Of a DNA stretch of 64,000 nucleotides, positions 19,088 through 27,478 are shown piece by piece; the stretch's first letter is position 1, and every line of letters begins with the position of its first letter. Under the pieces are notes generated by a model that made no database searches, had not been told where the DNA came from, and saw only the letters and a program-made list of their open reading frames with translations. The stretch is from an uncultured Candidatus Rokubacteria bacterium (GTDB taxonomy: Bacteria; Methylomirabilota; Methylomirabilia; Rokubacteriales; CSP1-6): assembly GCA_963762145.1 (NCBI GenBank), contig CAVXJS010000021.1, forward strand, positions 640,001 to 704,000, given 5' to 3'. Position numbers and translations under genes: made by a program.

Positions 19088-19977
19088 GTCATCCCCGTCT
19101 GGCGGCAGGTCACGCACGCCGGGTGGTAGAGCGGCGTGGGCTGGAACGATTCCTCCAGGCCGCCGCCGGAGAGACGCGCGCCCTCGAGCCCGGCCAGGAT
19201 CGGGCACGCGTAGACCCCGCCCGCCGCCACCACGCGGGCGTCCGCGCACTGCAGCACCGAGCGGTCGAAGCCCTCGAGGTCCTCCTCGGTGAGCGGCGCG
19301 ACCGCGCCCGCCGGCTGCCGGCCGAGGCCGAACACCGGCATGATCTTCACGCGCGGCCGCTCCACGCCCTGCGCGTGCAGGAAGTCGCGGAAGCGCTCGT
19401 ACATGCCGGAGCCCGCCGGGTGCTCGTCGCGCGTGATCTCGGTGGCGGTCACGATCGGCAGCAGGCCCCGCTCGCGCAGCAGCCGGACCGCCTCCACCGC
19501 CTTTGCCCACGCGCCCGCGCCGCGGATGCGGTCGTTCCTCTCGGGGTCCGTGTCGTCGAGGCTCACGCGCAGCTCCAGCGAGTACGGCGCCCGCGCGGCC
19601 AGCGCGGCGAGCGCGTCGGCCATCGCCGGCCCGATCAGCGTGCCGTTGGTGAGCACGGTGGTCGGCGCGGCCGCGAGGGCCCGCTCGAGGAGCGGCAGGA
19701 TCTCGCCGTGCAGGAAGGGCTCGCCGCCGGTGAAGTAGATCTCCTTCACGCCCGCGCGCTCGGCCTCGCGGATGGCGCGCTCGATGGTGGCGGGGTCGAG
19801 CGGCTTCAGCCAGGGCGACTCCGGGCCGCTCGCGTTGATGCAGTGGCGGCACTCGAGGTTGCACCACGTCCCGGTGATCTGCACCCACAGCGTGGCGAGC
19901 CCCACGAACGGGGCGAGCGGCGCCGGGCCCGCGGGGGTGCCCGCGAATGTAACCGTCTGGAGCGGGATCCGGGTCAT
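19072..19977 (-). CDS. Radical SAM enzyme with Cys-rich C-terminus (ArsS/TIGR04167-related clade)
   Basis: CNLECRHC, YFTGGEPF, VLTNG, RVSLD; five more Cys in QC...YACPIL...HPACVTC....C. Confidence 0.9.
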   Translation of the reverse strand: MTRIPLQTVTFAGTPAGPAPLAPFVGLATLWVQITGTWCNLECRHCINASGPESPWLKPLDPATIERAIREAERAGVKEIYFTGGEPFLHGEILPLLERALAAAPTTVLTNGTLIGPAMADALAALAARAPYSLELRVSLDDTDPERNDRIRGAGAWAKAVEAVRLLRERGLLPIVTATEITRDEHPAGSGMYERFRDFLHAQGVERPRVKIMPVFGLGRQPAGAVAPLTEEDLEGFDRSVLQCADARVVAAGGVYACPILAGLEGARLSGGGLEESFQPTPLYHPACVTCRQTGMTCRNS

Positions 19978-20050
19978 TCCGCGGGCTCGTGCTTCATTGG
20001 AGGCTTCAGCATGCTCCGGTCCCGACGCGGATTGTCACAGCCGCGTCAAT

Positions 20051-20980
20051 TCAGACGAAGACGCCTTCCGGCAGGAACGCGGAGACGATCCAGTTCGGCG
20101 CGTCCACGATCTCGCTGATCTTGAGGTCCACCGTCACGCTGCACAGGATGTAGGCCTGCTCGCGCGAGAGCCCGCGCTCGCGGACCAGGTGGTCGATCAT
20201 GTAGCGCACCGCCTGCTGGGAGGACGCGAAGAGATCGGGCCCGTGCGCGGTGGTGGCGAACCACGTGCCCGCGGGCGCCGCCGCGGAGGGCGCGCGCGTG
20301 GTGCGGAGCTGCGGCTCGGCGAGCCCGCGCCCGGACTGGAGCCCGAAGCGCGCGGTCACGCGGCCGCCCATCTCCACCGCGGTGACGCAGACCTCCCCGT
20401 CCCCCTGGATCCCGTGGGTGTCGCCCACGCTGAACAGCGCGCCGTCCACCCACACCGGCAGGTAGAGCGTGGAGCCGGCGGTGAGCTGCTTGATGTCCAT
20501 GTTGCCGCCGTTCTTGCGAGGCGGCATCGTGCTGTGACCGCCCGGCTCGTCGAGGGCCGTCCCCATCACCCCCGGGAACGGATCGAGCGGCACCGCGATG
20601 TGGTTCCCCGCGCGCGCGAAGCGCCCGTCGGACAGGTCCCAGATCTGGAGATGCGGCTTGCTGAAATCGGCCTCGGGCAGGAGCCCGCGGCCGGGCCGGA
20701 TGGCGGTCCAGCCGAACTCGGCCGGCTTCACCTCGAGGATCTCGACCACCAGGACGTCGCCCGGCCGGGCGCCCTTGACCCGGACCGGCCCGGTGAGCGG
20801 ATGGCCGCGGAAGGGGCCGCGCCCCATCACGTCGTCGTGCGTGGAGCTGCGGGTGTAGTACCGGTTCGCCGCATCGCGGCAGTCGAACACCACGGTGTCG
20901 CCCGGCTCGATCTCGAGCCGCGGGGGCAGCGCGTTGTTCCATTCCTGGTGGATCTGCGCGTCGTCGAGGTGATGGTCCAT
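20051..20980 (-). CDS. Acetamidase/formamidase family protein
   Basis: GHPLTGPVRVKGARPGDVL, PFPGVMG, PPRKNGGNMD, FSVGDTHGIQGDGEVCVTAVE. Confidence 0.93.
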   Translation of the reverse strand: MDHHLDDAQIHQEWNNALPPRLEIEPGDTVVFDCRDAANRYYTRSSTHDDVMGRGPFRGHPLTGPVRVKGARPGDVLVVEILEVKPAEFGWTAIRPGRGLLPEADFSKPHLQIWDLSDGRFARAGNHIAVPLDPFPGVMGTALDEPGGHSTMPPRKNGGNMDIKQLTAGSTLYLPVWVDGALFSVGDTHGIQGDGEVCVTAVEMGGRVTARFGLQSGRGLAEPQLRTTRAPSAAAPAGTWFATTAHGPDLFASSQQAVRYMIDHLVRERGLSREQAYILCSVTVDLKISEIVDAPNWIVSAFLPEGVFV

Positions 20981-21039
20981 GGCGCCGTCGAGTATACACG
21001 CCCGGACACGGGACGGCGGGCGCGTAGTATGCTCTCGGC

Positions 21040-21702
21040 GTGCCGTTCACCAGGACGCTCTGGAGCAGCATCGAGCCGATCTACGCGACGATCCTCGCGC
21101 ACCCGTTCCTGCGCGGGCTCACCGACGGATCGCTCCCGCGCGAGGCCTTCCAGTTCTACGCGGTGCAGGACGCGCTCTACCTGCGCGACTTCGCCCGCGC
21201 GCTGGCGCTGGCCGCCGCCCGCGCCCCGCGCGAGGACTGGATCATCATGTTCACCGAGCACGCCGCGGGCGCGCTCAAGGTGGAGAAGACGCTGCACGAG
21301 TCCTTCTTCAAGGACTTCGGGCTCTCCCCGGAGGCGGTCTCGGCCACGCCGCTCGCGCCCACGAACCTCGCCTACACCTCGTACCTGCTCGCGACGTCGC
21401 ACGCGGGGCCCTTCCACGAGGCGGTCGCCGCCCTCCTGCCCTGCTACTGGATCTACTGGGAGGTGGGGAAGAACCTCGAGCGCGCGGGCTCGCGCGACCC
21501 TCTCTACGCCCGCTGGATCGGCACCTACGCCTCCGAGGAGTTCGCCGCGGTGGTGCGCGACGTGCTGGCGTGCACCGACACGCTCGCCGAGAGCCTGCGC
21601 GACCACGAGCGCGAGACGATGCGGCGGCACTTCGTCACCACCAGCCGCTACGAGTGGATGTTCTGGGACATGGGCTGGCGCCAGGAGACCTGGCCCGTCT
21701 AG
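21040..21702 (+). CDS. tenA: Thiaminase II / aminopyrimidine aminohydrolase
   Basis: HPFLRGLTDGSL, YAVQDALYL, catalytic LLPCYWIY, YARWIGTY, YEWMFWD. Confidence 0.93.
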   Translation: MPFTRTLWSSIEPIYATILAHPFLRGLTDGSLPREAFQFYAVQDALYLRDFARALALAAARAPREDWIIMFTEHAAGALKVEKTLHESFFKDFGLSPEAVSATPLAPTNLAYTSYLLATSHAGPFHEAVAALLPCYWIYWEVGKNLERAGSRDPLYARWIGTYASEEFAAVVRDVLACTDTLAESLRDHERETMRRHFVTTSRYEWMFWDMGWRQETWPV

Positions 21703-21743
21703 CCTCTCCCTCTGACCGAAGGGGAGAGGGCAGGGTGAGGGGG
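21703..21743. repeat. REP-like palindrome
   Basis: cctctccc-tctgaccgaa-ggggagagggcagggtgaggggg, immediately after the tenA stop. Confidence 0.88.
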
Positions 21744-21750
21744 CCACGGT

Positions 21751-22302
21751 ATGCGAATAGCTCCACGAAGCGCACTTCCCGTCTTGGCGCTGGCCATCGC
21801 GGTTGCTGGTTGCTCGACCTACGCGGCACCGCGCTATTCGATCGCTCCAACCAATATCGCGGCCTTGCGCGCGTTCAGAGGGCAGGCGGTCAACGTTGGA
21901 CCGTTCACCGCTGCAAAGCCCGGGCGAAACGAGATCACCTGTCGCGCGGTCGGGCCAACTCGGACGCCCGACGGCGAGCCATTCGAGGAATACATTCGGA
22001 AAGCCTTCATTGCCGATCTGAGCATCGCCGAAGTGTACTCGGCGGCTGCCCCGGTTACCTTGACCGGACGGGTAGACGCCCTCGATTTCTCTTCCGGACT
22101 CACGGACGCGGCCTGGGACATCGCCGTAACGATCTCATCGTCAAACGGCAAGAGCGTCTCGGTCGACAATCGCTATCCATTCTCCGGGAACTTCGTTGGT
22201 GAAGTCGCATGCAATCAGACCGCCCAGGCTCTGATGCCGGCCGTCCAGGATCTCATCGGCAAGATCATCGCGCACCCGGACTTCGCGGCCCTCTTGCGTT
22301 GA
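21751..22302 (+). CDS. Hypothetical lipoprotein
   Basis: Lipobox VAGC after a hydrophobic stretch; more A/T-ending codons than its neighbours. Confidence 0.8.
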   Translation: MRIAPRSALPVLALAIAVAGCSTYAAPRYSIAPTNIAALRAFRGQAVNVGPFTAAKPGRNEITCRAVGPTRTPDGEPFEEYIRKAFIADLSIAEVYSAAAPVTLTGRVDALDFSSGLTDAAWDIAVTISSSNGKSVSVDNRYPFSGNFVGEVACNQTAQALMPAVQDLIGKIIAHPDFAALLR

Positions 22303-22341
22303 TGGCCGACAAATAGACAGTAGACGGGAGACCTCGCCCGC

Positions 22342-23240
22342 CTAGCGAACGGGGCGCGGGCGGGTGAGCCAGATCCCGAGCCCGGTGATCGCCAGCGCCA
22401 CCGGCGTGAGCCCGCCCGCCACGTAGACCCACCGCGAGACGAGCCCGCCGAAGCGCCCCTCGTGCAGCGCAGCGGTCAGGGCCCAGATCCCCGCGCCGGA
22501 TTGTGGCGGGGCGCTCGTCACCGCCCCGGTGGCGCGATCCACCCGCGCCACGCTCCCGTCGCGCTCCCGCACCTCCACCGTCCCGGCAGGCGGCGGCACC
22601 GCGTCGACGGCCAGCGCGAGCAGCGCCCCGGTCCCCGCCACCGGCAGGTGGAACGCGAGCGAGGCGATCCCGACCACCTTGTGCACGTCGAACCCCACCA
22701 CGGGCCAGCGGCGGCCGCGCCGGATCGTGAAGCCGCGCGACGGCCGCCGGGTGAAGGGCCACCAGAGGAAGAGCCCGGTCGCGCCCTGCAGCACCAGGAG
22801 CCCCCCGAGCGCGCCCACGGCGAAGCGCCCGCGCCCACCGAGGTAGAGCTCGGTGTGAAGGGCGCGCAGCGCGTGCAGCGGCGAGCGCTCGAGCCAGCGG
22901 GAGCCGAGCACGCGCGCGGAGCCTGGATCGATCCACACCTCCACGATCTCGCCCCCCGGCCGCTCGAGGCGCAGCCGCGCGGCGTGGCCCTCGCGCTCCG
23001 GCAGCGTGAGGCGCACGGGGGCCAGCCCGGGATGCGCGGCCTGGCCGGCGGCCAGCAGCGACCGGAGCGGCGCGCGGACCCCGCCGGTGTCACGCGCAAC
23101 GCGCCGCCGAACACCGCGTCGTCCAGCTCGGGGCGGAAGACCAGCAGGGCGCCGCTCACGCTCACCAGCAGCAGCCCCGCGCCCGCGAGCAGGGCGATGC
23201 CCAGGTGCAGCCACAGGACGGCGGCGCGGCCTTTCCTCAT
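22342..23240 (-). CDS. PepSY-associated TM helix protein; one frameshift at about 23080 as assembled
   Basis: LWLHLGIALLAG...SGALLVF in one frame; VWIDPGSARVLG, LHTELYLG, FDVHKVVG, LHEGRFGG in another; the break is at a G/C run. Confidence 0.82.
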
Positions 23241-23306
23241 GGGGCCTATGCTATGCTACCGGCGCGTTCCACCCTTCGTTTCGCCGTTGGAGCCAGAGGG
23301 CGCGAC

Positions 23307-24662
23307 ATGTCGCAGAGCCTTCCCGGATATCTCGATGAGATCAAGCGCAGCAAACCCGACGACCTGGTCGTCGTCTCCCGGGAGCTGGACCCGGCCTACG
23401 AGGTCACCGCGCTGGTGGTGAAGCTCGAGCGCGAGGGCCGCCGGCGCCCGGTCCTGATCTGCGAGCGCGTGCGCGGCACCCAGTTCCCGGTGCTGACCAA
23501 CCTGCACGCGAGCCGCTCCCGCCTGGCGCTGGCCATGGGCTCGGCGCCCGAGGACATGCTGGCCACCTATCTGCGCGGGATGGACAAGCCGATCCCTCCG
23601 CGCGTCGTCACGAGCGGGCCGTGCCAGGACGTGGTGCTGACCGGCGACCGCATCAACCTGTACGACCTGCCGCAGATCCTCCACCACGAAGGCGACGCGG
23701 GCGCCTACCTCACCGCCGCGATCTCGTTCGCGAAGGACCCGACGAGCGAGACCTGGAACTGCGCCTACAACCGGCTCATGATCCAGGGGCGCGACCGCAC
23801 CTCGATCCACCTGACCGCGGGCAAGCACCTCTGGGAGTTCCAGCGCATCGCGGAGTCGCTCGGCAAGCCGCTGCCGGTGGCCTTCGCCATCGGCGTGCAC
23901 CCGGCCATCGCGCTGGGTGCGCTGGCCATCGGCTCCATCGACGAGGACGAGCGCGCGATCATGGGCGCGCTCCTGCGCGAGCCGCTCGAGCTGGTGAAGT
24001 GCCAGACCTCCGACGTGCTCGCCCCCGCCCACGCCGAGATGATCATCGAGGCCGAGATCCTGCCCGGAGCGCGGACCCCCGAGGGCCCCTTCGGCGAGTT
24101 CACCGGCTACAGCCTGGGCGAGCGCGCGCGCGAGGTGGTACAGGTCAAGGCCATCACCCACCGGCGGGGCGCCTACTTCCAGGACATCACGGTGGCCCAC
24201 CTCGACCACATGCTGCTCTCCACGATCCCGATGGAGGCCAACCTCTACCGCGCGGTGCGCGCGATGGTGCCCTCGGTGAAGGCGGTGCGCGTGCCCGCGC
24301 CGTTCACCTGCTACGTCTCCATCGAGCAGCGGCTGATCGGCCAGGCCAAGAACGCGATCCTGTCCGTGCTGGGCGCCGATCTCTACATGAAGCGCGTGGT
24401 GGTCGTGGACGAGGACGTGAACATCTTCGACGACCGCCAGGTCACCTGGGCCATCGCCACCCGCTGCCAGCCCGACCGCGACATCACCATCATCACCAAC
24501 GCGCGCGGCTCGGACCTCGATCCCTCGTCCCGCGAGGACGGCTACTCCGCGAAGTGGGGCGTGGACGCGACCGCGAAGCCCTCGCTCGCCGGCTACACCC
24601 CGCGGCACCGCGTGCCGCCCGCGGTGTGGAAGCGCCTCAACTTGAAGGACTACGTGGAGTAG
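23307..24662 (+). CDS. UbiD-family prenylated-FMN (de)carboxylase
   Basis: YNRLMI, PVAFAIGVHP, EGPFGEFTGY, VVVVDEDVNIFD, WAIATRCQPDRD, GSDLDPS, KWGVDAT. Confidence 0.93.
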   Translation: MSQSLPGYLDEIKRSKPDDLVVVSRELDPAYEVTALVVKLEREGRRRPVLICERVRGTQFPVLTNLHASRSRLALAMGSAPEDMLATYLRGMDKPIPPRVVTSGPCQDVVLTGDRINLYDLPQILHHEGDAGAYLTAAISFAKDPTSETWNCAYNRLMIQGRDRTSIHLTAGKHLWEFQRIAESLGKPLPVAFAIGVHPAIALGALAIGSIDEDERAIMGALLREPLELVKCQTSDVLAPAHAEMIIEAEILPGARTPEGPFGEFTGYSLGERAREVVQVKAITHRRGAYFQDITVAHLDHMLLSTIPMEANLYRAVRAMVPSVKAVRVPAPFTCYVSIEQRLIGQAKNAILSVLGADLYMKRVVVVDEDVNIFDDRQVTWAIATRCQPDRDITIITNARGSDLDPSSREDGYSAKWGVDATAKPSLAGYTPRHRVPPAVWKRLNLKDYVE

Positions 24663-24678
24663 CGGCCGCGCCCCTCTC

Positions 24679-26058
24679 GTGATCTCCGAGCGGACGCCGA
24701 ACGTCACCGCGCGGCTGACCGAAGCCGCGCGCCGTCGGCCCGCGCACCCCGCGCTGGTCTGGGACGGCGGCGCGCTCTCCTGGCGCGAGCTCGAGGGACG
24801 CGCGGCCGGCCTGGCGCGGCGGCTCGCGCGCCAGGGCGTGGGCGCGGGCGACGTCGTCGCGCTGCTCCTGCCCAACTCGTGGGGCCTCGTCGCCGCGCTC
24901 TGGGGCGGCCTCGCGCTCGGGGCCACCGTGGCGCCGCTCAACCCGCTGCTCGCCGGCGACGAGCGCGAGCGCATCCTCCGCCACCTGGGTCCGAAGGCGG
25001 TGGTGGACGCCGCGCCCGCGGAGGAAGCCGCCGACCCGATGGAGGTCGCGGACCCCAGCGCGCCCGGCATCATCCTCTACACGTCGGGCAGCACCGGGCA
25101 ACCCAAGGGCACGCTCCTCTCCCACGCCGCGCTCGCGGTCGCCAACGAATCCTGGGCCGGTCCGGTCATGGCGCTCGTGCCCGACGATCGCGTGCTGGCC
25201 GCACTGCCGCTCGCCCACTCGTTCGGGCTGAACGGGGCGCTGCTGGCGCCGCTGCTGGCCGGGGCCACGGTGGTGCTGCAGGAGCGCTTCTCACCCGACG
25301 AGACGCTCGGCGCCATCGGGCGGCACCGGGTCACCGTGTTCCCCGGGGTGGCCACGATGTTCGCGCGCATCCTCGAATCGCCCGCGCTGGCGGGCGCGGA
25401 CGTCTCGAGCCTCCGCCTCGCGGTGTCCGGCGCGGCGCCCTGTCCGTGGCCGCTCGCCCGCGAGTGGCGGCGGCGCACCGGGGTACGCATCGTGCGCGGT
25501 TACGGGATGACCGAGCTCTTCCGCCCCATCTCCTATCAGGCCGCCGAGCCGACCGACCATCCGGATTCGATCGGCCGCGCGGTGCCCGGCGTCGAGCTCC
25601 GGCTCGTGGACGACGAGCTCTGGATCCGCTCGCCCGCGGCCATGGACGGCTACCTGCGCGCGCCCGAGGAGACCGCCGCGGTGCTCGAGGGCGGCTGGTT
25701 CAAGACCGGCGACCTCGCCACCATCTCAGACGATGGCTTCGTCAGCATCGTGGGGCGCAAGCGCGAGCTCATCCTGCGCGGAGGGTACTCGGTGGTGCCC
25801 GGCGAGGTCGAGGCGACGCTGCTCGGTCACCCGGCGGTGGCGGAGGCCGCGGTGGTCGGCGTCGCGCACGCCGAGCTGGGCGAGGAGGTGGCCGCCTTCG
25901 TGACGCTGCGGTCGCGCGCCGCGGCCGATCCGGAGGAGCTGATCGCCTTCTGTCGGGCGCGCCTGGCCGGCTTCAAGTACCCGCGGCGGATCACGATCGT
26001 GGGCGAGCTGCCGAAGAGCGCGACGGGGAAGATCCTGAAGGGGAAGCTGCGGGAGTAA
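24679..26058 (+). CDS. Acyl-CoA synthetase / AMP-dependent ligase
   Basis: YTSGSTGQPKG, GYGMTE, WFKTGDL, GRKRELI, LPKSATGKILK. Confidence 0.93.
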   Translation: MISERTPNVTARLTEAARRRPAHPALVWDGGALSWRELEGRAAGLARRLARQGVGAGDVVALLLPNSWGLVAALWGGLALGATVAPLNPLLAGDERERILRHLGPKAVVDAAPAEEAADPMEVADPSAPGIILYTSGSTGQPKGTLLSHAALAVANESWAGPVMALVPDDRVLAALPLAHSFGLNGALLAPLLAGATVVLQERFSPDETLGAIGRHRVTVFPGVATMFARILESPALAGADVSSLRLAVSGAAPCPWPLAREWRRRTGVRIVRGYGMTELFRPISYQAAEPTDHPDSIGRAVPGVELRLVDDELWIRSPAAMDGYLRAPEETAAVLEGGWFKTGDLATISDDGFVSIVGRKRELILRGGYSVVPGEVEATLLGHPAVAEAAVVGVAHAELGEEVAAFVTLRSRAAADPEELIAFCRARLAGFKYPRRITIVGELPKSATGKILKGKLRE

Positions 26059-26073
26059 GGCGCCTCACCTCCT

Positions 26074-26116
26074 CCCCTCACCCTGCCCTCTCCCCTTCGG
26101 TGAGAGGGAGAAGGGG
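26074..26116. repeat. REP-like palindrome
   Basis: cccctcaccctgccctctcccc-ttcggtgaga-gggagaagggg; 37 of 38 bases match the reverse complement of the 21703 copy. Confidence 0.88.
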
Positions 26117-26120
26117 AGCA

Positions 26121-26151
26121 GGCGGCGCGGGGGTGCTCCCCCCGCGCCGCC
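26121..26151. terminator. 13-bp perfect hairpin between convergent genes
   Basis: ggcggcgcggggg-tgctc-cccccgcgccgcc. Confidence 0.65.
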
Positions 26152-26207
26152 GCGCCTATGTGAACGCGCGATCCCTCGCGCGGCTGGACGCTACCTGTTT
26201 CGCGGGC

Positions 26208-26489
26208 CTACTTCTTGACTTCGGGCGTGGGTGCCGGCGTCGTGGCGGGCGCGGCCTTCGTCGCGTCGCCTTCGGCCTTCTTGGCGGCGTGCTTCTTCTT
26301 GCCGTGCTGCTTGTCGGCCTTCTTGTCCTTCTTCTCCATCTGCATGTCGCCGCCCTTCGCGGGAGGCGTGGCGGGCGTCGTCGCCGGCGCGGGGGCGGGA
26401 GTGGCCGGGGTCTGCGCCACCGCCGAGCCCACCACGCCGAGCGCGAACACCGAGGCCGCCACGAGAGACATCACACGAGCCGTCTTCAT
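26208..26489 (-). CDS. Small exported low-complexity Pro/Ala/Thr- and Lys/His-rich protein (Asr-like composition)
   Basis: MKTARVMSLVAASVFALGVVGSAVA signal, then TPATPAPAP...KKDKKADKQHGKKKHAAKK; AGGAG SD. Confidence 0.78.
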   Translation of the reverse strand: MKTARVMSLVAASVFALGVVGSAVAQTPATPAPAPATTPATPPAKGGDMQMEKKDKKADKQHGKKKHAAKKAEGDATKAAPATTPAPTPEVKK

Positions 26490-26542
26490 TTCAAGAACTC
26501 CTCTCTCTACGATGAGATTTGTTTGTGTCTGCTTGCTGCCGG

Positions 26543-26872
26543 TTAGTCGAACAGGGTCGTGAAGAAATTCTTCACGCTGTGGCCGAACGACACGGCCCCT
26601 TCCTTCGTCTTGGTCCAGGCCGACTTGGCCTCGGGCTCCGCCGCCCGCCCCGCCTCCTTGATCTTCTCGCCCGCCGTCTCGGCGCCTCCGACCACGGTGT
26701 TGCCGATGCCCTTCGCGGTGTCCTGGACGCCCTGACCGATCTGCTTGGCGCCGCTCTCGACCTGCTGCGCGCCCTGCCGGGCCTTGGCGTCGTCGGCCAT
26801 CGCGGCCGGCGCCGTCGTCAGCGCCAGCGCCATGACGAGCCCCGTGATCCGCTTGTTCACCGCCGTCCTCAT
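26543..26872 (-). CDS. Small exported protein with amphipathic LEA-like repeats
   Basis: Signal ending AMA; GAKQIGQGVQDTAKGIG...KTKEGAVSFGHSVKNFF; AAGGAGG SD. Confidence 0.78.
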   Translation of the reverse strand: MRTAVNKRITGLVMALALTTAPAAMADDAKARQGAQQVESGAKQIGQGVQDTAKGIGNTVVGGAETAGEKIKEAGRAAEPEAKSAWTKTKEGAVSFGHSVKNFFTTLFD

Positions 26873-26925
26873 CCGCCGCCTCCTTGCGTCGTGGGTGTAA
26901 CGCCGTGACTCGCAGGAAAGTTCGG

Positions 26926-26942
26926 GGCAACCCACATGCCAG
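26926..26942 (-). promoter_or_regulatory. Sigma54 (-24/-12) promoter
   Basis: Minus strand CTGGCATGTGGGTTGCC = TGGC...TTGC with exact GG-N10-GC spacing, about 55 nt upstream of the 26872 start. Confidence 0.72.
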
Positions 26943-27042
26943 CGCCGCGGGGTCGCGGCGAAGGCAATCGCGCGCTGGCAAGGCGTTTGCCTCTCGCGGG
27001 CAGCGAAGTGGCGGGGAGGAATTACATGGCGGCGTGTAAGGA

Positions 27043-27441
27043 TTACCAGGAGAAGACGTGGGTCGGAGTCATCTCCACGATCACCGAGTCGGACTCGCCG
27101 AGCGCCGCCTCGCGCGGGTACTGCGGATACTTTGCGTAGAGCCGCCGCCGCAGGCTCCGGAAGCGCGGACCGCGCTCGATCACCCGCGCGGTGCCCTGCA
27201 CCATCACGCCCTGGATCTGGTCCCAGTCGTCCGAGTAGAGATCCACGGTCAGGGCCAGCTTCGGGTTGGCGCGCAGGTTGAGGACCTTGCGCCCCTTCTT
27301 CCCCGACGCGAAGTAGATCTTGCCGCCGAGGAGAAGCTGGCAGACCGGCACGAGGTGCGGCACGCCCGCCGCGCCCACGGTGGCGACGCGCGCCACGCGC
27401 TCCCACTGGATCAGCTTCGCCTGCGCTTTCGTCAGTCGCAT
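27043..27441 (-). CDS. Pyridoxamine 5'-phosphate oxidase-like split-barrel protein (PPOX class)
   Basis: ARVATV...PHLVPV, KVLNLRANPKLALTVDLYSDDW, KYPQY. Confidence 0.85.
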   Translation of the reverse strand: MRLTKAQAKLIQWERVARVATVGAAGVPHLVPVCQLLLGGKIYFASGKKGRKVLNLRANPKLALTVDLYSDDWDQIQGVMVQGTARVIERGPRFRSLRRRLYAKYPQYPREAALGESDSVIVEMTPTHVFSW

Positions 27442-27478
27442 GGGGTTTCCTCCGTGGGCGTGAAGTGTACGCGACGCA

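Noticed and set aside
16187-19977. Selenocysteine read-through in the rSAM operon
   Set aside because: No in-frame TGA aligns with a Cys motif; the TGA stops overlap downstream starts as ordinary coupling.
20981-21039. TPP riboswitch upstream of tenA (also checked before the NMT1-like ABC operon)
   Set aside because: The gaps are only about 60-75 bp, lack the CTGAGA core, and are occupied by promoter-like hexamers.
22342-23240. Programmed frameshift or pseudogenisation of the PepSY-TM gene
   Set aside because: A single indel in a G/C run, with no slippery heptamer seen; most simply a homopolymer error given other errors in this assembly.
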